A stretch of 64,000 nt of DNA from an uncultured Phycisphaerales bacterium (GCA_963760535.1 CAVXEF010000026.1:18416-82415); one strand, 5' to 3'. Shown: positions 17,802 to 26,468, counted from the stretch's first letter. Notes: generated by a model not told the origin, from the letters alone. Translations and numbers: made by a program.

Positions 17802-18918
17802 TTCTCACACAGCAGAACGGCCTTGGCAGCGGCGATACGAACCCGCTTGGACTGATTTTTAAGCAGCTTTGGCAAAAATTCGGTAACGGCAGCCGTCCGA
17901 ATTTGACCTATTGCCAGAGCCGTGAACATAGAAGATCGCTCAACACCTTCAGCGTCCATTCCCTCGTATGAGAATTTTTTCTGAAAACATCAAGCACCTC
18001 AAATTCTCCCTGGGAACTGCCGAGCGCACCGAGCTGTTCTGCCGCCGCCAGCCGAACCTCCAATACCTTATCATCCAACATTGTAATCAGGGCGTTCTTC
18101 GCCTGCTCCGTCCCAAGCGCGCCCATCGCCCTTATACCAATAACTCTGTCGTCTGCATACGCGCTTATCAGCATCGTCCACAGCTTCGGATATACCCTTT
18201 CATCTCTGAGCATTGCCATCGCTTCGGCAACCTGAAACCTGACTTTGTCATCCGAATCTTTGTCGCTTAAGGCCCAATCCAGCAGTTCCAACTGACCCCG
18301 CACCAATTGTTCAGAAGGGAAAGTTTCTGTTCTGGAGATTGATTTTGGTGCAATTGGTGCGGGGCCGCTTTTGCCAAGTATAAGGGCGGCGTTGGCACGA
18401 ACCGTATGGTCCTTGCTGATTATTGCCTTGCGAATGAGTCCAGCACCAATTGAACCCGAATCGAGAATGCCGTTCTCATTCGTGGGCAGTATCTTTCGCT
18501 GGCGGCCAATTGGTGCTGGATAGCCAAGCCTATACATCGCGTAAGCGGCGGCAATTCTGACATTTTCGTCGCGGTCTTTCAAAAGCTGACTTATCTGTTC
18601 TCTCGCAAAACGATACTGCATATCGCCGACAGCCAAAGCCGCTGCGAACCTGACCGGCACAAATTCATCAGTTAACAATCGTTTGACTTTCGGCATCAAT
18701 TCAGTTCGCCGCGTTGCCGCCACAACCTCAATCGCATTGACCCTGATGGAAGAGTCGGTGTCAGCCAAGGCATCCTCAATAATTCGAGCGGCTTCAGGCA
18801 CAAGGCTGTTAACAAGTCTGCTATCAGCCGATACAAGCCTGCTCTTTGAAGGCTCATTGCAACTCGGCAGAAATGCAAAAGCTAAAATTAAAAATGCAAA
18901 ACTGCGGAATTTTTTCAT
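17777..18918 (-). CDS. HEAT/PBS-lyase-repeat lipoprotein carrying three in-frame palindromic-element insertions (apparent frameshift near 17965)
   Basis: Lipobox MKKFRSFAFLILAFAFLPSC. Repeated ...VR..AA.AL... HEAT units. ORFs 17908..18918 and 17777..17959 join across a T6 run (...FEVLDVFRK|..EGMDAEGVERSSMFTALAIGQ...). Confidence 0.7.
18296..18364. mobile_element. MITE-like palindromic element, 69-bp variant (TIR CCCCGCACCAATTG)
   Basis: CCCCGCACCAATTG (18296-18309) and CAATTGGTGCGGGG (18351-18364) are perfect reverse complements. At 69 nt it equals 23 codons, translated as PAPIAPKSISRTETFPSEQLVRG. Confidence 0.6.
18439..18520. mobile_element. MITE-like palindromic element, copy B (80-82 bp, TIR TCCAGCACCAATTG)
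   Basis: Same TIRs as copy A with 3 substitutions in the 80-bp core. It adds exactly 27 codons (PAPIGRQRKILPTNENGILDSGSIGAG) between two HEAT helices. Confidence 0.7.
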
Positions 18919-18938
18919 TAGTTTTTCGTTCTGAACTT

Positions 18939-18964
18939 TAATCCGCCATACGTGCGGCGGATTA
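18939..18964 (-). terminator. GC-rich hairpin overlapping the lnt stop codon (TCCGCC..GGCGGA family)
   Basis: TAATCCGCC (18939-18947) pairs with GGCGGATTA (18956-18964) around an 8-nt loop. There is no U tract, so terminator function is uncertain. Confidence 0.35.
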
Positions 18965-20653
18965 ACTTTTAAGTTTCTTTACAAACCGTTCCCAAAGCGG
19001 CACTATTATGACCCAAACGAAACCAATCGCACAACAAAAATCCAGCCATTGGCCGTATCTGCTGAAAAACGTGGTTCTTTTGTCAATCGGCACTCTGTCG
19101 ACAAACCAGCCCGCCACAGCCCGGCGCTGCTCTGCCTGAGCCGGAAGGTCACCCGCTTCAAAGCCGTTTCTGACACGTCCTGCCGAGTCAATCAGACAGC
19201 TTATGCCGGTATTGACGCTCCGCACGACACTGAGCCTGTTCTCCACAGCCCTGAAGACACAAACAGCCATATGCTGCACCAGCTCCGTGCTCGCAAAGAC
19301 CTTGTCATCCTTAAACCTCACGAACCAGCCGTCATTGCTTATATTAACGAGCCAGTCAATCTGCTTTTGCCCATTTTTATCCGGGGCAAATCCTCTGGCA
19401 ATTGCAGGGACGGTGTCTTCATAACAAATCATTACACTGAATTTGTAACCACGGCTCTGAGTTGTTTTGCCGGTCATCTCAAAAACAGTGTACTCGCTGC
19501 CGGCGTCAAGTGTGTAATCATAATTATAAGGCGTAAACTTCATCAGCAGATTAAAAAGTATCGGCAGTTTTTTGCGAAAAGGAATAAACTCTCCGAAAGG
19601 AACCAGGTGAATCTTGTTATACCGTCCGGGATACTGTTGCCCATCAGGGCGGTACAGAAACGCTGAATTATACCTTTTGGCCAAATGAATCGTCCCATCT
19701 TCCTCGATTTCCGGAGTGCCGCCATACGCACCTACAAGCACAAAGGCGGTATTTTTCGAATGTTCACGGAGAATCTCATCGAAAAGTCGGTCATCTTCCG
19801 AAGGAGCTAAAAGTGCCAGTATTTTCGGGTCCAGCAGTGCCTGCACCATCGTCTCCGGCCAGATAATTAACTCGGCACCGGCTGAAGCAGCAGCTTTGCT
19901 CTTTTCCATCAGCTCAGCAAATAACCTGTCGGACTGCTGAAATGTCCTCTTTACCGACTGCGGAATGTTCGACTGCAAAGACCCGACCAAAGGCCCTGCT
20001 TTTACGGTCTCATCCGATTGCCTTACTCTCCATCGACCATACATAACGGCAGCAATCAGCATTGCACACACAAGGGCAATCCGCCAGACGAACGGCAGAC
20101 AAGTTTTCAAAAGATTGCTGATTTTGAAAATATTTTTCCAGCATCTAACATCGAGTATCAACTCAGCCACCAGTCCATTGACCATCGCTATCAAAAAAGA
20201 TACGCCCGCTGCGCCGAATATGTCAGCTATCTGGATGAGCGTGATATTGGCGTACTGGCTGTGTGAGAGATGTCGCCAGAGAAATCCGCCCAGAAAAAGG
20301 CCCTGCAGCCGCTCAACGCCCACAATCAGGACCGGCACCGCCAGAACTAATGGTATCTTTTTTAGCCGACAGTATTGCAGGCCAAAGGCCAGCATCGGCC
20401 AAAGCACAGCGGTGTACAAACAGAAAGCAAACCAGCCAACAACTGTAACCGGGGCTATCCAATACAGATTGCCGAGCCAGTAACAAAGTGAGACAAGATA
20501 TGCGATAAGTGCCAATCGTCTAAATTTCACATTTGATGAGCAAACGAGAACAAAAGGCACCCACGCAACCCAGGCCAGCCAAGAAAAACTAATCGGCGGC
20601 TGAATTACGGTCAACAGTACCGCCGTGGCAACGAATGCCAGACTGCATAGCAA
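18962..20653 (-). CDS. lnt: apolipoprotein N-acyltransferase
   Basis: 563 aa with a polytopic N-terminal domain plus a C-terminal CN-hydrolase domain (ELIIWPE, VMICYED). Confidence 0.9.
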   Translation of the reverse strand: MLCSLAFVATAVLLTVIQPPISFSWLAWVAWVPFVLVCSSNVKFRRLALIAYLVSLCYWLGNLYWIAPVTVVGWFAFCLYTAVLWPMLAFGLQYCRLKKIPLVLAVPVLIVGVERLQGLFLGGFLWRHLSHSQYANITLIQIADIFGAAGVSFLIAMVNGLVAELILDVRCWKNIFKISNLLKTCLPFVWRIALVCAMLIAAVMYGRWRVRQSDETVKAGPLVGSLQSNIPQSVKRTFQQSDRLFAELMEKSKAAASAGAELIIWPETMVQALLDPKILALLAPSEDDRLFDEILREHSKNTAFVLVGAYGGTPEIEEDGTIHLAKRYNSAFLYRPDGQQYPGRYNKIHLVPFGEFIPFRKKLPILFNLLMKFTPYNYDYTLDAGSEYTVFEMTGKTTQSRGYKFSVMICYEDTVPAIARGFAPDKNGQKQIDWLVNISNDGWFVRFKDDKVFASTELVQHMAVCVFRAVENRLSVVRSVNTGISCLIDSAGRVRNGFEAGDLPAQAEQRRAVAGWFVDRVPIDKRTTFFSRYGQWLDFCCAIGFVWVIIVPLWERFVKKLKS

Positions 20654-20675
20654 AAGTTTTTCACCTGTGCGATTT

Positions 20676-21623
20676 TCAACCGGCTAAATCTCCCAAAGCT
20701 GCTGCTATTCTCTCCTCGCTATATTGCTTATGGTTATTCATTCTCAAGCTGAACTGTTTTGCGAAAAGTTCGAGAAGATTTCTGTCATCGGTAATCTCCC
20801 TGATGGGCATTTCCATCTCACTGATAAGCCGTCTTAGTTCACTAAGTTCAGCGGGGTTAAAGGACAAACTACCGCAGCTTTTTTCTTTTAATTCAGCCAG
20901 ACGCTGCCTCGAATTTTCAACATACTTTTGAGAGATTTCTATACCAACATAATTTCTGCCCAATTGATAAGCTGCTGCTGCGGTAGTTCCTGAGCCGCTG
21001 AAAGGGTCAAGGACGCAGTCGCCTGGCTTTGAGCTTGCCGCTATGATTCTTTTTAGGATATCTTCAGGCATCTGGCAGGGATGCCAGCCGGTGCGTTCTT
21101 TGAATGTCCCACATACGCGAGAGAACTCGCCCCAGACATCATCCGGCATTTTGCCTTTTGGATTAGCGCGCCTATCGTTGTAAATTAGCTGCCGGTCGGA
21201 CGGAACCCGAACGGCGTGTTCGTTAAAGGTAAAATTTTTCCTGTCATTTACGAAGTAAAAAATATGGGTGTGTGCGCGGGCAAATTTATTTTTCGTCTGC
21301 TGGCCGAAGGTGTAATGCCATATTATCCAGTTGCGCATAAAAAGTCCTAATTCGTCCGCTATGATTTTGACGTTCGCGGCGTAATCATCGCCTATGGCAA
21401 TATAAAATGAGCCGTGGGGTTTTAAGACCTTTTTGCAGACGCCCACCCAGTCTTTTGTCCAGGCGATATAGTTTTCGCGTTTTTGCCTGTCGTTGTACTT
21501 ATCGTACTTGTAGCCGATATTGAAAGGCGGGTCAGCAAATATCAAATCCGCAAATGGCTTTCGAACTTTGCCCAGAACTTCTATACAATCGCCGCATACA
21601 ATTTTATTAAGCAGTTTTTCCAC
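20676..21623 (-). CDS. beta-class (N6-adenine or N4-cytosine) DNA methyltransferase with ~80-aa C-terminal extension, no cognate nuclease nearby
   Basis: Motif IV ADPPFN precedes motif I DPFSGSGTT, the beta-class permuted order. Neighbours are lnt and a lipoprotein. Confidence 0.85.
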   Translation of the reverse strand: MEKLLNKIVCGDCIEVLGKVRKPFADLIFADPPFNIGYKYDKYNDRQKRENYIAWTKDWVGVCKKVLKPHGSFYIAIGDDYAANVKIIADELGLFMRNWIIWHYTFGQQTKNKFARAHTHIFYFVNDRKNFTFNEHAVRVPSDRQLIYNDRRANPKGKMPDDVWGEFSRVCGTFKERTGWHPCQMPEDILKRIIAASSKPGDCVLDPFSGSGTTAAAAYQLGRNYVGIEISQKYVENSRQRLAELKEKSCGSLSFNPAELSELRRLISEMEMPIREITDDRNLLELFAKQFSLRMNNHKQYSEERIAAALGDLAG

Positions 21624-21668
21624 ATCATCATTTTAGCGCACAAAAGCCGAATTGCAAGCGGGACCTGA

Positions 21669-22329
21669 TTACGGCTTTATTATCTTTTGCTCTTCGAAGA
21701 CTTTGCCGGAGAGATAATCGGTAAAGGTAACCTTCACCGTTAAGGGCTTGTCGAAGCTCTTGACTATATCGTTTACGTCGAAAGCCAACCTGTAATTGGA
21801 GGTTAGAACAGTGTCAAACCAGAGCTTTTTCAACTCATCCGGCTTGACGTGCCACTTGGCCAGCATCGACTTGTCGCCTTCTTTGCTGAGGTCCCAAAGC
21901 TGCACATCAACAGTCGCCGCCGGCTTTTACCTTGTTGTCCTCGGCATCGACAGGCTGTACGTAAACGATTAACTTTTCCTTTCTGCCGTCTTTATCCTTA
22001 TCGTAGAGGTTGGTATATCTGGTAAGTTTGATTTCTTTCAGGTCGTAGAGACTGTCGAATTTGTCCTGCGGAAGACCCGAAATGACCTGTACCTGTTTTT
22101 TTAATTGCTGGTTCTGCGAATCGGCCTGCTGAAGCTGATTCTGGAGCTGCCTGTTTTCCCGCTTTAATGCCCGGATTTGCTCCGCCGGCGTAAGTTTTCC
22201 GCTATCTCCACAGCCTGCGGCAAATAAGAGCACAAGTGCAAAAGTGCACAAGAAGGCGGACGACAGAAGACGGAAGACGGATGACGGACGACGGACGACG
22301 GATGACGGATGACCAATGCACTTATACAT
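21669..22329 (-). CDS. lipoprotein of unknown function (apparent frameshift near 21905)
   Basis: Lipobox LLFAAGC. ORFs 21907..22329 and 21669..21905 join as ...DNKVKAGG|.TVDVQLWDLSKEGDK. The ATG overlaps the clpP stop (TAATG). Confidence 0.5.
22252..22314. repeat. heptanucleotide tandem array, unit GAWGACG, 9 units = 63 nt, encoding the N-terminus of the lipoprotein
   Basis: GAAGGCG GACGACA GAAGACG GAAGACG GATGACG GACGACG GACGACG GATGACG GATGACC. The minus-strand translation GHPSSVVRRPSSVFRLLSSAF shows a 7-aa peptide periodicity. Confidence 0.75.
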
Positions 22330-22961
22330 TACTGCTCCTTATCCCTGTCTCTAACGATTTCCGGCGCTTTCTGCAGCACCCTGTCGGCCAGGCCGTAACT
22401 TATAGCATCTTTTGCTTCCAGCCAGAGGTTTCGGTCGCAGTCCTTCTCAATTTTTTCGGCACTTTGGCCGGTATGTTTGGCCAATATCTCGTAGAGCCTG
22501 CTGCGCAGCCGAAGTATTTCCTTCGCTTCGATGTCCAGGTCGGTGGCGGAGCCTTCGAGTATTCCTGCAATTTCCGGCTGATGCAGAAGCATCCTGCTGT
22601 TAGCCAGGAGAAATCGTTTTCCGCTTTTTCCGCCGGCCAGCAGCAGCGCCGCCATACTCGCCGCCTGCCCTACGCAATACGTTGCGACATCGCATCGTAA
22701 AAACTGCATCGTATCGTAAATCGCAAGACCCGCTGTGATCGAGCCGCCCGGCGAATTGATATAAAAATGGATATCCGTCTTGGTATCTTCGTTGCTTAAA
22801 AACAGCATCTGCGCAATGATTAAATTTGCGGTTGCATCATCGGTCGGCCCGCCAAGAAAGATGATTCTATCCTTGAGCAGCCTCGAATAAATATCGTACG
22901 CTCGCTCGGTTCGACCGCTTTTTTCAATCACTATCGGCACCAAATTCTGATTAACTATCAT
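22329..22961 (-). CDS. clpP: ATP-dependent Clp protease proteolytic subunit (paralogue 1)
   Basis: 210 aa with [28 protein letters not shown] and MLHQP motifs. Confidence 0.9.
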   Translation of the reverse strand: MIVNQNLVPIVIEKSGRTERAYDIYSRLLKDRIIFLGGPTDDATANLIIAQMLFLSNEDTKTDIHFYINSPGGSITAGLAIYDTMQFLRCDVATYCVGQAASMAALLLAGGKSGKRFLLANSRMLLHQPEIAGILEGSATDLDIEAKEILRLRSRLYEILAKHTGQSAEKIEKDCDRNLWLEAKDAISYGLADRVLQKAPEIVRDRDKEQ

Positions 22962-23000
22962 AATTCATCCTGTACTGCGTAAAACCATTATCGCATTCGT

Positions 23001-23639
23001 TTATTTACTTTTTTCCTTCTTTTCATCTTCTTCGTGCAGCACTTCATCGATAAGGCCGTATTCCTTTGCCTCTTCAGCGGTCATATACCTGTCTCTTTCG
23101 GTCTCAGCGGCGATTTTATCTATCGGCTGGCCGGTATGTCTTGAAAGGATTTCGTTTATCATTGTCTTGGCCTTGAGAACTTCTTCAGCCTGTATTTTGA
23201 TATCCGCGGCCTGGCCGGTAACGCCGCCCCACGGCTGATGAAGCATAACCTTGGCGTGCGGCAGTGCGTAGCGCTTTCCTTTTGTACCTGCTGCCAGTAT
23301 TACCGCTGCTCCCGACTGTGCTCTGCCGATACAATATGTCGCCACCGGAGCACTGACAAAACGAATTGTATCGTAAATCGCCATCGTGTCGTCCACGGTG
23401 CCGCCCGGCGAATTGATGTAAAGACTGATTTCAGTGGCACGTTTGAGATTATCCAGGTACAGCATCTTCATAATGACCTCAGCGGCCCTGGCGTACGATA
23501 TCTCGCCTATCAGAAAAACAATTCGGTTCTCCAGCAGCATATCGTCAAGGCTCATCTGCCGATAACGCTGGTATTGTCCATACTGATTAAAAATCTCAAG
23601 ATTCTTCATAACCTCTCTTGCGGGCTTTTCGATAAGCAT
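23001..23639 (-). CDS. clpP: ATP-dependent Clp protease proteolytic subunit (paralogue 2)
   Basis: 212 aa with NSPGGTVDDTMAIYDTI, GRAQSGAAVILAAG and MLHQPWGG motifs. Confidence 0.9.
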   Translation of the reverse strand: MLIEKPAREVMKNLEIFNQYGQYQRYRQMSLDDMLLENRIVFLIGEISYARAAEVIMKMLYLDNLKRATEISLYINSPGGTVDDTMAIYDTIRFVSAPVATYCIGRAQSGAAVILAAGTKGKRYALPHAKVMLHQPWGGVTGQAADIKIQAEEVLKAKTMINEILSRHTGQPIDKIAAETERDRYMTAEEAKEYGLIDEVLHEEDEKKEKSK

Positions 23640-23680
23640 CTGCCACTCCTTTGTCAGTGGTTCACAGATTACAAGTTACA

Positions 23681-25126
23681 CTATTTGCCGGTTTTCTTTT
23701 TTGCTGCTGCTTTGTGTTTTTTAGGCTGTTTCTTCTCGCCCGTCGGCGTTTTCTTGACTGCTTTCGTGCAGGTCTTCTTTGGTTTCTTTTCCGGCTCGAC
23801 TTCCGTTATCTTCGCCGATTCGAGCAGTTTGGCGATACATTTATTTTCCCGCACCTGGAGTCTGAGCTGAGCCAATGAGCCGTCGCGCACCATTTGTTCC
23901 CGCATTCTTTCCGGCCGCTGGCTGCGCTGAACTGCCAACTGGGCGATATAGCCGTTAATCTCCTCTTCACTTACCTCGACCTCAAGTTTATCAGCCACTT
24001 TATCCATTATAAAGAACGTCTTGAGCTGCTCGGCGGCCTGTCGGTCACTGCCTGCCCGAAGCTGCTCCATATGCTCTTCTATCTGCTCACGTGTCAAACC
24101 TCTCTGCAGCAGATTGATATACTGTCTCTGCAGAAGTGTCGCCGATTGCTCTGCAACGATGTCCGTCGGCAGGTCGAAACTGGTATTGTCGAGCATATAC
24201 TTGTAAATCTGCTCGGCCATATCAGCCTGCACTTGCTGTTCCAATCGACTCTGCAGGCCGTCCCGAAGTTTCTCCCGCAACTGGTTTTCGTTCTCGACGC
24301 CGAATCTTTTGAGGAAGTCCTCGTTAAGCTCAGCGGGTTTGAGCCATTTAATATCCTTGATGGCAATTTCAATATCCACCTTTTTGCCGCGATACTCCTG
24401 CCGGAAGTACGTCTTTGGGACCTCCACCGTGATTTTCTTTATCTCTTCTGCCTTTGCACCGACCAGAAGCTCATCGAGCTTCTCCACGGGAATTGCACCG
24501 ACAAAGCCGTTTTGCCTCACGTATATCTCGACATTGTCAAGCTTTTGCTCCTGCTCGGCGTCCTGGGCTTTTAGAACCACGTCAGCTACTACCTGGTCGT
24601 CAAGCTCAACAGTCTCGCCCTCCTGACGCGGTGACCATAGACCAGCGTATTTTCGCAGTTGCTCTATTTCCCTGTCGATTTGCTCATCGGTAACTTCAAA
24701 CTTTTTCTTTTCAACAGCGATGCCCTTTAGCTGCGGCAGCTCGAACCCCGGCCGAACCTCCACCTCAAAATCAAATTTCAACGGCCCGCTCTCAGGCAGT
24801 GTTACCTTCTCGAAATCGATGTTCGGCTCACGAAGCGTATCGAGTTTATTATCCTTGATGGCTGAGTCGCTGGCGTCAGCCAACAATTTCAATTTGATTT
24901 GCTCTGACGTTTCTTTGCCGAATCGCTTTTCCAGGAGCCGCCGCGGCGCCCGTCCTTTTCTAAAGCCAGGCACCAAAGCATCCTTACGCAAAGTCTCATA
25001 CTGCTCGTCCACGGCTTTTTTTACCGTCTCTTCCGGGATTTCTACAGAGACCCGCTTCTTACAAGGCCCTGCCTCTTCGATTGTTACTGTGTTTTTCAGC
25101 TCCGTGGTTTGCTGTTCCTCAGCCAT
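23681..25126 (-). CDS. tig: trigger factor with Lys/Pro/Ala-rich C-terminal tail
   Basis: Preferred start is ATG 25126 (MAEEQQTTELK), preceded by GGGAG. It has a PPIase-type middle domain and lies upstream of clpP-clpP. The tail reads EKKPKKTCTKAVKKTPTGEKKQPKKHKAAAKKKTGK. Confidence 0.9.
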   Translation of the reverse strand: MAEEQQTTELKNTVTIEEAGPCKKRVSVEIPEETVKKAVDEQYETLRKDALVPGFRKGRAPRRLLEKRFGKETSEQIKLKLLADASDSAIKDNKLDTLREPNIDFEKVTLPESGPLKFDFEVEVRPGFELPQLKGIAVEKKKFEVTDEQIDREIEQLRKYAGLWSPRQEGETVELDDQVVADVVLKAQDAEQEQKLDNVEIYVRQNGFVGAIPVEKLDELLVGAKAEEIKKITVEVPKTYFRQEYRGKKVDIEIAIKDIKWLKPAELNEDFLKRFGVENENQLREKLRDGLQSRLEQQVQADMAEQIYKYMLDNTSFDLPTDIVAEQSATLLQRQYINLLQRGLTREQIEEHMEQLRAGSDRQAAEQLKTFFIMDKVADKLEVEVSEEEINGYIAQLAVQRSQRPERMREQMVRDGSLAQLRLQVRENKCIAKLLESAKITEVEPEKKPKKTCTKAVKKTPTGEKKQPKKHKAAAKKKTGK

Positions 25127-25289
25127 TCTCGTACTCCCGCACAACTTCACCTTATCCACTTAAGATAATAAACAAAAATGGCGTCGGGGCAACTTATTTT
25201 TCCCTTAGCCAGATTTTCGTGATTGCGAAACGCATCGGCGACCAACGCCAAACTATCGCTTAGCCGGTAACTCACCGATACTATAGTTT

Positions 25290-25366
25290 GTTCATAGTTC
25301 GTTGTTCATTGTTCATTGTTCATAGTTTGTTGTCGATGAACCCCCAACAATAAACTATGAACTCAC
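25290..25366. repeat. hairpin-forming heptamer array (GTTCATW units, then complementary AACnnnn units) abutting tRNA-Gly
   Basis: GTTCATA GTTCGTT GTTCATT GTTCATT GTTCATA GTTTGTT GTCGATG | AACCCCC AACAATA AACTATG AACTCAC. GTTCATAGTTT (25318-25328) pairs perfectly with AAACTATGAAC (25352-25362). Confidence 0.7.
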
Positions 25367-25368
25367 AG

Positions 25369-25440
25369 AGCGGGTGATGAGATTCGAACTCACGACATTC
25401 ACGTTGGCAACGTGACGCTCTACCACTGAGCTACACCCGC
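25369..25440 (-). tRNA. tRNA-Gly (anticodon GCC)
   Basis: Reverse complement GCGGGTGTAGCTCAGTGGTAGAGCGTCACGTTGCCAACGTGAATGTCGTGAGTTCGAATCTCATCACCCGCT folds as a cloverleaf with anticodon loop TTGCCAA. Confidence 0.85.
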
Positions 25441-25544
25441 GTTTTCGCAAATCGATTATAAAGTTTATTATCGGCTTTGCAAGAGGGTTCTTTGCAAAAG
25501 TTTTGCATCTGTGACAGCAGTTTTTTCGAGTTGACGGCTCGGAT

Positions 25545-25572
25545 TTGACGTTTAGCTGACATTTGTTATAAT
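25545..25572 (+). promoter_or_regulatory. candidate sigma-70 promoter upstream of pcm
   Basis: TTGACG (25545-25550), 16 nt, TATAAT (25567-25572). Confidence 0.4.
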
Positions 25573-25655
25573 GACCGATGCTCCCAACGCAGCCTTTGGA
25601 TTATCCCGGAGGGATGTTATGAGCAAAGGTCCCTATTAAATGGGTATATGCGGGC

Positions 25656-26468
25656 GTGTCTATACTGATGGTTTCAGCGTTCCTCTCGTTTATTTTTGCT
25701 GCGGAATCAAAAAAAGCTGAGCCCAATCAGGCTGCAACTAACGCCAATGACCCAAACCAAAAAGACAAAAAACTGCTATCCCCGACGCACGAACATCCTG
25801 CCTTTAGCCAGTTCTATGAGCAGCGTCAGAAAATGGTCCAAAGACAAATCGAAAGACGCGGCGTCCGCGACCCGAACGTTCTATCCGCAATGCAGACCGT
25901 GCCGCGACACGCTTTTGTCAGAGCCGACGAGCTGCACCAGGCATACGATGACTGCCCGCTTCCGATAGGTTATGACCAGACCATAAGCCAGCCATACATT
26001 GTAGCATTTATGACGGAGGCTCTGGCGCTGAAACCCAATTCCAAAGTATTGGAGATTGGCACCGGCTCAGGGTACCAGGCTGCGGTCTGCGCCGAGATTG
26101 CCGCTGAGGTCTATACAATCGAAATTATCAAGGAGCTCGCCGAGTCCGCCGAGAAGCGATTGAAGGAGCTCGGCTACAGAAACGTATCGGTCAAGGCCGG
26201 CGACGGCTATTTCGGCTGGAAAGAAAAAGCCCCATTCGACGCCATCATCGGCACAGCGGCGGCTGGGCAAATACCTCCGCCTTTATTGGAGCAGCTAAAG
26301 CCGGGCGGCAGAATGATTCTGCCCGTGGAAGACCGCCTCGGACTTCAGTATCTTGTGTTGATAATCAAGGACCAAAAAGGCAATCTGCACAAAGAGAACG
26401 TTATGCCGGTCCGGTTTGTGCCTATGACCGGCGAGGTAGAAAAGAACGAAGCCAAGTCAAAGAAATGA
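25656..26468 (+). CDS. pcm: protein-L-isoaspartate O-methyltransferase with N-terminal signal/anchor sequence
   Basis: Core motifs [19 protein letters not shown] and [13 protein letters not shown]. An ATG at 25620 with GGAGGG upstream gives MSKGP.. and would join the hydrophobic N-terminus after a 1-nt shift at a CCC run, so the true start is uncertain. Confidence 0.85.
   Translation: MSILMVSAFLSFIFAAESKKAEPNQAATNANDPNQKDKKLLSPTHEHPAFSQFYEQRQKMVQRQIERRGVRDPNVLSAMQTVPRHAFVRADELHQAYDDCPLPIGYDQTISQPYIVAFMTEALALKPNSKVLEIGTGSGYQAAVCAEIAAEVYTIEIIKELAESAEKRLKELGYRNVSVKAGDGYFGWKEKAPFDAIIGTAAAGQIPPPLLEQLKPGGRMILPVEDRLGLQYLVLIIKDQKGNLHKENVMPVRFVPMTGEVEKNEAKSKK

Noticed and set aside
20676-21623. Restriction-modification system
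   Set aside because: The methyltransferase stands alone. Flanking genes are lnt and a lipoprotein/clpP, and no nuclease-like ORF appears in any frame nearby.
25160-25655. Integrated mobile element at tRNA-Gly(GCC), tRNA-Ser or tRNA-Gly(UCC)
   Set aside because: There is no integrase, no duplicated tRNA 3' segment and no compositional island next to any of the three tRNA genes.
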